A stretch of 62,519 bases of DNA, counting the filler. It is 13 parts of 13 records of this genome, joined end to end, with 100 filler letters (N's around TTAATTAATTAA, not from the genome) between each part and the next. Parts side by side here need not be neighbours in the genome. Positions count along the whole stretch, not along the records: positions 1 to 4,752 come from SRR9188676_2852; positions 4,853 to 8,602 come from SRR9188676_2853; positions 8,703 to 12,615 come from SRR9188676_2864; 10 more parts are not named here. One strand, given 5' to 3'. The notes below the pieces were generated by a model. That model had not been told where the DNA came from. It ran no database searches and worked only from the letters and a program-made list of their open reading frames with translations. This document shows, piece by piece, positions 1 through 10,854 of the stretch (positions are counted from its first letter, which is position 1; every line of letters begins with the position of its first letter). The position numbers and the translations under genes were made by a program.

Positions 1-871
1 TTAACGCCATAATTCCCTGTGTCACTGCTTGTGCAAAAAGTTATTAATTGAACCCCCATCGATGACAACTTCTAGGCCCCAGGTCCTTTTTCGCTATACA
101 TTCGCTAATATGATAAGAGGATGAAAGATGTTGTACCTGCTGGTAGGTGAGAAGGCGCAAACAGCCATTTTCCTCAGTCACATCATCCAACGGGCACCAA
201 ATGGAGAGGGACAGGGGAGTTCCGTTCAGTTCATTGCTTTTCGGCTCTGATGCAGAAAGTATCACCAAATTCAGCAAACAATATTATAGGGATGATTCAG
301 TGAAAAGGACGTGACCAAAGATAAAAAACCGTACTCTTCAAGTAAGGGAGTTGATATTCACCATCAGAGTGCCATTGGAAGATGTCAACACTTCCGGAGT
401 GCGGAGGTTTACAAATATATCTAGAGAAGTAGGTGAAAAGACATTTAGCTCGCAAATAGTATGCAAAGGTATTCAAGCTCTGTGGTTGGAACTAACGTAC
501 TGTTCGTTGAACAAATAGCATTGACGACAGGACAGGAATGTATGCACAATTTCTGCAATTTGAGGGGAGAATACAAAGTCCAATATAGTTCTACCATGTG
601 GCGACTTGCGCAGTCTCCGATGTACATAATCTGCTTTGTTCAGGCGCCAGTTTTTCTCTGAGGTGTTGATTTCTGTATTCACATCCTTGAAGCTGATGTG
701 TTCGATGACACAGCCACATTTCAGAATTTCGGAGGATGATTCCTCATCTCTCACAAAATCGTCGCATTCTTGCCGAAGCGCGGAAAGTACATGACCTACG
801 CAAAAAGATGCTATCAGTGAGGTCTGACCTGAAGAAAGCGGAACGCTCTGAGTAGATTTCACGCTCAACAT
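1..871 (-). CDS. Phytanoyl-CoA dioxygenase (PhyH)-family 2OG-Fe(II) oxygenase, multi-exon, 3' end beyond window
   Basis: Spliced reading gives ...YLFNEQYICKPPHSGSVDIFQWHSDG... (HxD iron ligands) and ...SIWCPLDDVTEENGCL..., typical PhyH motifs. GT-AG introns restore the frame. Confidence 0.85.
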
Positions 872-1168
872 GATAAATACAATATGTAATATAAATATAT
901 GGAATTAAATAAGCAAGCGCAAGCCTGATTACAGCGCGCTACGAAGTGAAGACTGTTTGATGCATCACATACCAGGAACAAAGGCGGGAATCACTGCATA
1001 TCCAAGATTCAGAAAGTCATTAAGATATTTCGCAGAAAGTTGATATTCAGGGTTCATTTTCGTCTTTCCTGCATTTTCAAGTGTCTCGATGTTCCGCGAT
1101 TTTTGGATTTGTGACCGGGGAAAGTCAGAACCTCGATTCATTTTTCTCTCTCTCTGAGCGGTCTTCTG

Positions 1169-1483
1169 ATGAATAGTAAGAATGATTCCGGTCTAACGGA
1201 TGATGTCTGTCAACAACATTGCCGTAAAAAGGTTGGTTGGAGCTGTTTCCACCTTGTTTCCACTCGTTTCCACCTCAGATTTTTGTCTCATGCACCAGTC
1301 AATCCTGTTCAGGCGTGCCAAATTCAGGCTTGTTTGGATAAAAACAAGTATCAAGAATCCAAATGTCAATGGGAGATCGAAGAATGGCGGAGATGCTGTG
1401 ATATTTTCAAAGAGAGGTACAGGACTTCATACCCTGCAGCATTGCGATCAAATCGCGATAGTAATCCGCCTCAAGAATCATAG
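1169..1483 (+). CDS. CMC4: Cx9C-motif mitochondrial intermembrane-space protein, CMC4/p8-MTCP1 family
   Basis: Removing an in-frame 81-nt GT-AG intron (1232-1312) gives HCRKKACQIQACLDKNKYQESKCQWEIEEWRRCC, the p8-MTCP1/CMC4 cysteine pattern. Confidence 0.8.
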   Translation: MNSKNDSGLTDDVCQQHCRKKVGWSCFHLVSTRFHLRFLSHAPVNPVQACQIQACLDKNKYQESKCQWEIEEWRRCCDIFKERYRTSYPAALRSNRDSNPPQES

Positions 1484-2147
1484 AAATTGGATTCCCAACT
1501 TTTGTTTCTCGGACTTTACCCCTGTAAAATACCTTCTAAATGCTGGACCTTCCGTGTCAATTACTTTTACATTCCAGCCAAATCGCGTGTCCTCGAAACA
1601 CAGACAGAGATATGAGCTAGTATCCCATCTTTACAATATCGTAATACTATTTAGATTATTAGAGGTCTCCCATTCTGCAGAATAAATGTGTTGAATGATC
1701 TTAAAATCACCCCATCATTATCTCCATTTGCTCATTTCATTTCTGATTGTCCATCCTATCATGTGTCTTACTCTACAAGGAATGAATGAACCAAAAAAAG
1801 GAATGAGAAAGCACGACCACACGACCACGGACAAGACGTCGTCGAAAAACTTCAGGTAGAGGGCAGACAGACAGCAGAAGGCTGAAGGCTGAAATGGCTC
1901 AACGTATACTCGGTAATACCCCCCCTTTTAGGTTTGATGAGCTCGTCAAAAGTGACAAACAAGCCCCTCTGTGGCCATACACAACAAGCATCGAGATTTC
2001 GCGCTCATTTTTTTCTTGGCTTCTTCTGTTGAACTTCTTCTGAGCTCATTCCTCCATCTATCGATTAATTATACTGTACTAGTAGCTGTGAAATCGTATC
2101 CCGAAATATGAAGATCAATGATGTGATGTTTTGAATTCGAGATCGAT

Positions 2148-4695
2148 ATGGCTGAAGAAGAGGTCATATTTTTCGGGCGTTCTCGTGCTAGAACCCCTGT
2201 GATAGCCTCAACACGCACGGAACATTTATCGAATATTCGAGCTCCTCAGCTTCGAACGCAGGCTCTTCGTACTGGACCTCCCCCTGCTCCATCTCCAAAT
2301 CTATCTCGTGCAGTTTTGCAAGCCGAAAAGAACATTTCACTCTTTGGCACAAGCAATCCACATGCACTACCTCGACCAAAACCCCGTCAAAATCATGTGA
2401 CATCCTGCACACAAACAGATCTTACTGTTGTGAAACCACCAACGCTAACACCACCAATCCGACAGACTATTTCGCAACAAATTCAAACCGAATCTGTCAC
2501 AAAGCTGCCTAAAAGAGGTAAGAAATATTTCCCCTTTCTATCTAGAAATGTATATATTGGCTCTCGGATTCCTGAAAACTATCGCTCAAGGCATTTTTGA
2601 TTGTCGACGACTCCATTTCAATGACCATTCTGGATTTTAGAATTACCTTACCCATGATTTAGTTTTTCACCCTCTTCGCAGAACCTGATTCCGGTTTCGG
2701 ACATGCCTAATGGTTCATTTTGCTCATACAGAAACTGGTTGTGATCCACCTTCTCCGGGTCTCCTTCCGGTCCCAAACTCTGTTGTGCCTGAGTTCAGTC
2801 GTGGTCCGATTAGCCCTGCAGCAGACAACATTCCTGTGGAAGAGTATGAGACCCTCTTGCGACAATATAAAGAAGAAATGGCGCTCGGTCTATCCCTATA
2901 CGAACAACTATCCCACGCGTTGCCCAATGCCATCGAAAAGACCCTTGGTTCGAATTCAATGAAAAACGCTTCGGTTATTCCACTGGTGAGTGTGATTTAG
3001 AAATTGTTCGGATCGATGTACACCGATGTATCGACTTTTACTGATATTTTGTCTCACGCGGGACTGAAGAGCAATTGTTCATTTCTATGATATTTATTTC
3101 ACGCCTTTGTGTCATATTGTGTCATATATGACATCATTGTTATTGGACATTCCACCCATTATGGATTTATTATATTCGGCAATTTTTTTTCTCACACTTC
3201 TGGTCGGTATTTCTATCTGAATCAAAGATTCCAGACTCCTGTTTGTCAGACTGAGGATCCTATTTCTCGAATGGACTTAGCCGAGGATATGCTTTTCAGA
3301 AATATCGAGATAGCATCCTTGAAGAGATATCAGCGAGCCATCACGGATACCAGTCTCAAGGCCTCTCTCTCTCATCCTCTACACAGCGGCGAGATGCTTC
3401 TGATGTCTTCAAGGAGTCAGGCCCACACACTGACTTTCATCAATCTCGCCGGCAATCACTCCATCCCCAATTTCATCCCCACTCCCAGCCCCTTACAAAT
3501 TCTAGAAACTTTCATCCTCAACATCCAGCCCCATCCCCTTATCCCAATCCCGCAGACAGCGGCCATCATGCTCATCAGAATCGTGAAGTGACCGAGCACA
3601 AGGATCAAAATGCTGAGAGCGATGACTATGAGTCTCCACATGTACAATCCACTCCCGAACACAGCACCAGGCACTATTCTACTGGGGGTTATGTGACCGA
3701 CAAACGGACTTGCCCAGTTGCGGAGCTAGCGCAGGTGCACCATGAGGTGCTGGGCCTCGCGAACTCGCTCAAGCCCCTCGTGCAGAAGACCTTCGTACGT
3801 TTGAAATGTCCCCTATTCACCGTCTGAACAGCGAGATTTCATTTTATGGGGGAGGTTCTCTTGCAATCTCATTTCAAGGAGAAAGGAGATCCCGATGTCG
3901 ATTTTCACGTTTCCTGATATTATTACGGATTGAGACAATAAAAAGAGAACCTCTCTTGCATTCCCTCTCTCATATCCGCCTTCCCTCAAGCCTATGCACA
4001 TTTCATATATTTATTTCCCCCCACATCGCAGATTATCTCTCTTCCCCATCCCATCCAATTCCTCAGCAGAATATGCGAGCTAAAGTATTGGATGCAGTCT
4101 TCAATCTCTTGTATCATAATCCCGTTGTTTTAAGTCCTCTTGTTGACTTGCACCGTGTGATTCTTGGCTATTATGTCCCAGCTTGGCACTGCTGTCACTA
4201 ATCCTATGCCCTGTTGTCATGCCCATTTGCAGACTCTCGCGCAGCAGGTGCCGCAGGATCACCATGTCTCGCAGAATCTCCTACTACGGAATATCCTGAG
4301 ACGATGCGCCAAACAAATCGTTACGAACGTCGACACTCTGGCTGAACTATTCCTGGACGACCTCCTCACTGTACGTCACATAGTTCCTTGGCCCCTCGTA
4401 TTTTCCCTATTCTCTCCACCTTGCATGCTCCAAATTCTTATGAAATGGGACAAATAGTGAAAATGGGTTCGTTGTTTCTGTTTCTCGGATTTTTTTTTAT
4501 TATCGCCGTTCCCTACCCACTTCTACCAATGTTTCGCATTGATTGCCATTGGATCCTTTCCTAATTCCGTTCTTTTATCTTACCTCCCTCATCTCCGCCC
4601 TCTATCTTTTTTGTGATACCTGTCAGGACACGGTTCATTTGCTCTCGCAGATCGAAAACGCCCCGGACTATCTTGGGTACTCAAGTCTGTCCGAG
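2148..4695 (+). CDS. Hypothetical multi-exon protein with Pro/Ser/His-rich N-terminus and helical C-terminus, 3'-truncated
   Basis: Frame-compatible exons near 2148-2517, 2732-2985, 3300-3795, 4232-4370 and 4627-4695 with GT-AG ends. No family recognised. Confidence 0.6.
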
Positions 4696-4752
4696 GTACG
4701 CTCTTTCGAACTCTTTGTCGGTGGGGGAAAGAGAGAGAGAGAGAGGGAGAGA

Positions 4753-4852
4753 NNNNNNNNNNNNNNNNNNNNNNNNNNNNNNNNNNNNNNNNNNNNTTAA
4801 TTAATTAANNNNNNNNNNNNNNNNNNNNNNNNNNNNNNNNNNNNNNNNNNNN
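4753..4852. other. Artificial contig spacer (first of 12)
   Basis: 44 N + TTAATTAATTAA (stops in all six frames) + 44 N. Identical spacers at 8603-8702, 12616-12715, 21014-21113, 27128-27227, 29654-29753, 31757-31856, 34700-34799, 41769-41868, 45248-45347, 56123-56222 and 58294-58393. Adjacent contigs are not biologically linked. Confidence 0.99.
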
Positions 4853-5269
4853 GGACGCACGCACGCACGAGAGAGAACGAGATTGTGGATCGTCGGACGA
4901 GAAATGAAATGATGATCAGAAAAAAGGGGCATGTATATCGGAGAACTCACAGGTCAAACAGGGATATTATTTGAGACAAAGAGTGGTGCGATGCAACGAG
5001 GAAAAATGAGCCGAATAAACGCTAAACCACAAGCTTCTACTTGAAAAGGACTCGATCCATATGAGAAAAATAGCCAAGCTGGAGGCCGAATCATCCGAAA
5101 ATGCCTTTTGAGTCTGAGAACAGACTCTATAATTAAATCAAACTATTTTAATATTTTCTCGAATAATTTCTTTGTTCGGATAGAAACCCACGTGGAAGTT
5201 CAGGATATTGCCCAAGATCGATTGGGGGTATCGAAGAGGCCACAGGAAAATGTGAGGAGAGATAGGACA

Positions 5270-5329
5270 GGACTCGATCAGGACTCGATCAGAAGCTCGA
5301 TCAGAACTCGATCAAAAACTCGATCAGGA
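5270..5329 (+). repeat. Short tandem repeat, about 5 copies of an ~11-bp unit (core CTCGATCA)
   Basis: ggactcgatca ggactcgatca gaagctcgatca gaactcgatca aaaactcgatca; lies in an intron of the channel gene. Confidence 0.85.
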
Positions 5330-5446
5330 ACCAAAACTACGGCATATACAACCTGAAAGAAGAGTATGGAGTTTTATTCACTTTGAGCCTCCCAATTTCT
5401 CATCAAACATATGTAAAAATGGCACATAGTATGTACAGAGACGTAC

Positions 5447-8374
5447 TCGACGCCGCAGTGCAGCTTGCAGAGAGCGTGCAGAGTCTCGAGGAAGTGGATC
5501 TTGCCGTCACGTGTGGGCAGCTTCAGCGACCGGATCGTGTTGCGGATCTCGGGCCGGCTCGCGTACGCAGCTGGAAAACCAAAAACCAAAATAGAAGCGT
5601 AATAGTATGAGCGGCGGATGCGTCTGTGGTGATTCTTGCTCAAAACAAATCTAACACGTAGGCTGGCCAGTGAACTCTACATATGAATAACTCTATGCCC
5701 TTTTGGGAAGGGGGTGACGTTCTGAAAACTGCAGTGACACCAGATGGAGCGGGAGAGATGGCTATTTCGTTTATTATAGGAAGTCGCGACTGAAGAGAGA
5801 AAAATAGATACGCACACACAAAAAAAACAGTGACTTACGCAGACCCAAGGGAGGCCCGACAAGCAACAGCAGAGACTGCATCTTTGACTGCACCAGAAAC
5901 GACGTGAAAAGGTTTTAGAGCAGCACACGATCACAATGATGGACAAGCACACAGAGCAGCGGAAGGGGCAATGAATGCGAGAGATGGCGAATGGCATAAA
6001 ATCGTCAGATTTTTCACAGAACAAAAAAGGGGAGGAGAGAGAGTCGGAGAGAGCGAGCGAGAGAGACAAATGATATTTCACGCAATATGTGGTGACCTTT
6101 GATCATAATCAGATTATTGTTTCCACAGTGAGCGCTGACAGTGTGAGTAACTTGGATCTCGATACGAAGAGCAAAATAGAGTAACACTAAGACAGCAAAG
6201 TAAAACAACACGGTATGGAGCACGTACCACAGGGATAAACTTGGTGGCATTCGGGTCGAACAGTGCCCACACACGCTTGAACCTGGAGCGAGAACGAACA
6301 GAACAAGATAAATACGAATGGGAATTCATGCGGTAATAGTAATCCAGATAGAATATTACTCGCCTTCTAATGCACACACCCGGGTGTGAGTGATGCACCT
6401 AGACAACACAAGTCTCGAATGAAACTACCAAACCTGTTCCGAACTTCTACAGTTGTTCCGAACCTGTTCGAAATGTGGGTTCGCGTCTCAAACGGAGCTC
6501 CAGTGGCAGATAGAGTTAAAATGGGGCGAAATTTAGAGCTTCAGTTTATGGCTAGGTTCGGGCTTTCGATTCTTTTTCATTTACCTCTTAAGATGCTGCA
6601 CGTTGAGGCTGGAGCGCTTCGAGTCGGCGAAGTCGTCGAAGTTCTCGAGGATGACCGCGATGAACAGGTCCAGCAGGATGTAGCCGCCCAGGATCTGGAA
6701 CAGCACGAAGAAGAGGGGCGCGAGGGATGTGCCGCAGTTGTGCACGGCGAGACTGTCGCTGTCCAGGCAGCACCGCCACAGCGGGCTCAGAGCTCGCGCA
6801 ATGATGTCCTCGTCACTGATCCCCTCGCACTGCGTCGTGAGTGCGCAGTCAAACATCAGCCCGTTCCACGTTTCGCCAGTCGCCATGCTGCACCACACAT
6901 AGGTCGTACACAGAATGAAATAGATCAGTCAAGAAAAAAAAGGGGGGGGATAAATCTAGCAAAGGTAGAGAAGTAGACAACAGTTAAGAAAAGTAGAAGT
7001 GAGAATTCGGTAGAGGCTACCATCACAGTCCTATTGGTCAAGACAACTCCTCACGATTTTATTTTATTGAGAAGTCTGACTGGGCATAAACCGTACATCC
7101 GTCATTTAGAGACCAGTAATAATAGTGCGACATTGATATGGATATTAGAATCAATATGAAAAAGCAGCGGCCATCACGAAAATCCGTCACAATGACCAGG
7201 AGGAAATGGGCGAAACAAAGGAAAATCAAACCATTCAGACTCTGAAAGGTGGGCGGAAGGCAAGAATGCGAACAGAAAGTGAGAAATGAAGTGTGCGTAT
7301 GTATGTATGTGGGGGGTGGTGGTGGTGGAAGGGGGGAGACAGGGTACCGTACCGGAACAGGGTCAGCATAGCGGTCCAGAAAGTGCGGAAGTTGGCATGG
7401 CGCGAGAGGAAGGGGCCGTACTTGACGCTGGCGAAGATGTTCATGCCCATGACGGCGAAGATGAAGAACAGCAGCGCCAGCAGCGAGCCGACGTTGAGCA
7501 GGGTGGGCAGCGACACGTACAGCGTCTTGAGCAGCGTGCGGATGGACCCGGCCGACTTGATCAGCTTGAAGATGCGCGCGATGCGGAACATGCGCACGGG
7601 CCCGATGCCGCCACCGTCATGCAGCATGCCTGCCAGAAGGAAAACAGGGAAGGGAAGGATTGAGAGAGTGTGTGAGAGAGGATATGAGAGAGCATGTGTG
7701 TATAGATAAACAAAGAACCTCATAATGGATACAATTAACTGATCTTAAATGAGTCAGGAAATATAATAGATGTATGTGGAACATCCGGCAGGGGGCCAAA
7801 GCATCAGCCATCATGTGGCAGTCCTGTGGATGCCACGCGTAAGCAAATCTCGGAGAGTCGCGAATGTGGGAGGGTCTGTGTGTATATGGAAGTGTGTGGG
7901 GCGAAACATCCAGCCGATACACCCCGCAATTATGCAACAGACCGGCCATCCCGTGAGGAGGTGTGAGTGTCAGTGAAGAATGTGTCTATTAATAACAGAA
8001 TGAGGTCACTGGTCATAGCTATGGGTATTATCTTCATCCCAGTGATGAAGAACCCCTATCCAGAGTATGGAGACACATACATGCACACTCTTGAAATGAT
8101 GGAAGTGCAGAGTGTGGGAATGATAATGCGGATGGGTGGAATGCTTAACAATGGAGGCTCCGGAGATAGGAAAAGCAACCACACACCAAGAAACTCCTAG
8201 TTAGCGACATGTATTCATAGGCACACACTCCACACACAAACACATACGCATACCAGGAATTGAGCCGATGACGATGGCGAAGTCGAATCTGTTCCAGTTG
8301 TCAGCGAAGTAGCGCTTGGGCCGCATGGCTATCAGCTTCAGCACAGCCTCCATGGCCATGATCAGCGTGAACAG
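5447..8374 (-). CDS. Voltage-gated Ca2+ (Cav-type four-domain) channel alpha subunit; internal fragment covering domain IV and the proximal C-terminal EF-hand region
   Basis: Exons encode S2-S3 ([24 protein letters not shown]), S4 ([13 protein letters not shown]), S5, pore (TLFR/MATGETW), S6 ([10 protein letters not shown]), EF-hand ([34 protein letters not shown]) and [10 protein letters not shown]. Confidence 0.93.
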
Positions 8375-8908
8375 CTGCATCGCAAGAAATACACATACAC
8401 ACAATGCACAGGTAAGGCACTGGAGTGTGAGATGATGGATATCTTGGCGGCTTGTGCAGGTACCCGACGAAGAAACATCGTGCACAAAAACACACAATGA
8501 CAGAGAATCGAGAAAGAAGGTCAGCACGCTGCATCAATGCATAGAATATCCAGAACGAAGATCTAGATAGATGGAGGGAGAGAGAGGGAGGGGGAGAGAG
8601 AGNNNNNNNNNNNNNNNNNNNNNNNNNNNNNNNNNNNNNNNNNNNNTTAATTAATTAANNNNNNNNNNNNNNNNNNNNNNNNNNNNNNNNNNNNNNNNNN
8701 NNATGCCACTTTATGTGAGACAATACGGTACCCGAAATTGCACCAATAAACATCGACCCATTTAAAAATTGCACAGAGAGCACACATAAAAGCTCGACGG
8801 TATCCATACAATAATGCAAGTCGGATTTATTTTCTAGGACGCAGATCCATCGCGATCGAACGTCGGAAATTTTCAAAGACTGGAATCAGTCCTATCTTGC
8901 TGAGAGTA

Positions 8909-10669
8909 CTATGAGACAGTCAGGGCTCTCTGGAGAAATGAATGAGGTAAGAATTCCATGATAAAAGGCAATTCAGAGTAATCGTAAGTGTTGTCGTCCT
9001 CATCCTCCTCATCAATAACAAAAGATGCAAGTGATGCCGCTCGAGTGGTGGCAGGATTGCTCTCGATGAGGTAGCCGGCATAGAGTGTATCATCTTGCCT
9101 CTGCTTGGCTTGCGCAGAATCATATGTCCTGCAGAGCTGAAAGAATTGCCGCAAAGCATTCGCCAGGGGACCAGTGGCAGAGGCAGAATCATCATCATCA
9201 GATACGGGATGAGCGCAGAAGAGATCAAGTACTTTACTCCATTTTTTCAGGAATGGAGAGAAGTCCGATTCAAAACGGGCGGTCTCTCGAAGTACGGTCT
9301 CCCTTGCGCGAAGCCAGCTTGGAAGGTGTTGAAGCTGGTTGAAGATGCAGATCAGAGGGGGAAGCTCGAAAAATACATATTGTGCATCACGAGGAGAATC
9401 ATCAGGTGGGGATGAGATGATTTTGAAGATGAGGTATCGAGTCAAAGGTCTGACCAAACGGTCGAACGAATAGTTCTTCAGGAATCTCGGGTCATCATAA
9501 TAATTGATAAGCAATCGGATCAAATGGAAGACAAGCCTGAGATCGGTGGTCTTCTGTTGCTTGAAGATGTATGAAAGGGCCCAGTAAGCGGTGATTGGAA
9601 TGTGGGTCCTCCAAGATGATTCAGGATCCAAATCGACCTGAAGAATTTCGTAGATGAAATAGAGACATAGTGGCTGGTTTTGCAGTGAGTGCATGAATGC
9701 GCTGGATAGAGGCCAGGTGGACTTTTCCTCAGGTAGAGGCTGGTAGATGATGTAGCCCTTCATCAGATGAGAGGGAAGGTATTGGAGAAGCAGTTTTGCA
9801 ATATCAGAGTGGTTATTAGCACACGCGTAGATGAGAGCTGTATGGCTTCCTTTGCAATGCATGTAGAGAGACTTAATTCGTGAGTCCTCATCAGGAAGAA
9901 CGTCAAGCAAGATGCGACAGATGGAAATATGTCCCTTATCACATGCATTCATGAGAGATGATACATTGCGGATGTCTGCTTGGAGGATGTATGCCGTTCT
10001 TGTTGAGGAGTCCAATGGGCTAAGTAGAAGTGACACCACTGTGGTCATGCCATTTCGACTCGCAAAGAATAACGCTGTCTGTCTCTGAGTGGAGGACTGC
10101 TGAAGAATCAAGGTATTCCTTCCAAAAGCATCGATAGGATATCGAATTAAAAATTCTGCGCTTGTTTTCTGACCAGACTCACAGGCCTGGATGAGAGCAT
10201 TTTTCCCATCTTTGTCCGTTTGAAGCAGAACAGCCTGTCTGGAATCTGAAGGTAGAGATTCGAGAAAGCATGTGAGAAACGAGGTATTCCCTGTACGACT
10301 GGCGTGCATCAAAGCAGACTGGCCCAAATTGTCCTGTTGCAAAATGTAGGACACCTGGAGCTGTTGTATCTGCTGTTGCTGAGCAGAATAGGCGGCGTTA
10401 GTCTGAGGCTGAATCCCAGTCTTTTTGCTGGAATGGTTCAAAGGATTGAAGGCTATATTCTTGAATGGATTCCACAGGGAGGCGAGAGGAGGTCGGGATG
10501 GGACTGATTTCTTGAGACGCGGAGGGGAAGGAGGAGGCGGTGCAACTGAATCCAGAAGAATCTTCAGGATAGATATTCCTCGTTCACAAAGAAAACAAGG
10601 CTTCAAGTCAGAAGGATCGCGTTCTAGATCTTTCCTTGTGGTATTCTTCATTCTTTCATTTGCCTTCAT
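8909..10669 (-). CDS. Intronless ankyrin-repeat protein with unknown helical C-terminal domain (paralog A)
   Basis: Repeats such as GQSALMHASRTGN, GKNALIQACESG, QTALFFASRNG, SSLMNACDKGH and HTALIYACANNH. First ATG at 10669. Confidence 0.85.
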   Translation of the reverse strand: MKANERMKNTTRKDLERDPSDLKPCFLCERGISILKILLDSVAPPPPSPPRLKKSVPSRPPLASLWNPFKNIAFNPLNHSSKKTGIQPQTNAAYSAQQQQIQQLQVSYILQQDNLGQSALMHASRTGNTSFLTCFLESLPSDSRQAVLLQTDKDGKNALIQACESGQKTSAEFLIRYPIDAFGRNTLILQQSSTQRQTALFFASRNGMTTVVSLLLSPLDSSTRTAYILQADIRNVSSLMNACDKGHISICRILLDVLPDEDSRIKSLYMHCKGSHTALIYACANNHSDIAKLLLQYLPSHLMKGYIIYQPLPEEKSTWPLSSAFMHSLQNQPLCLYFIYEILQVDLDPESSWRTHIPITAYWALSYIFKQQKTTDLRLVFHLIRLLINYYDDPRFLKNYSFDRLVRPLTRYLIFKIISSPPDDSPRDAQYVFFELPPLICIFNQLQHLPSWLRARETVLRETARFESDFSPFLKKWSKVLDLFCAHPVSDDDDSASATGPLANALRQFFQLCRTYDSAQAKQRQDDTLYAGYLIESNPATTRAASLASFVIDEEDEDDNTYDYSELPFIMEFLPHSFLQRALTVS

Positions 10670-10854
10670 TCGAGGAGAGATCAAGATGACTAACCGAAAG
10701 AAACGAATTCGAATTTGAAAGAGATACACTTTCTCGTGCCATAGGGGGGGAGGTTACAAAATTTTATCCTCGCTAATCTATCGAACATCCAGGGGGGAGT
10801 AGAAACGTTTCTTTGAAAACCGTTGAAAATTGAAAATTCTCAGACACTGAAAAG

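Noticed and set aside
2682..2693. Possible 12-nt micro-exon in the hypothetical gene
   Set aside because: Frame works with or without it; cannot be decided without transcripts.
4797..4808. Recurrent TTAATTAATTAA palindrome
   Set aside because: Synthetic linker inside the N spacers, not biological.
5270..5329. Possible CRISPR-like repeat array
   Set aside because: Units are ~11 bp with no spacers, in a eukaryotic intron; a simple minisatellite.
8745..8758. 14-mer AATAAACATCGACC shared with 29808-29821, and a 15-mer near 21888 matching the reverse complement near 40447
   Set aside because: A few exact matches of this length are expected by chance in ~50 kb, and similarity does not clearly extend.
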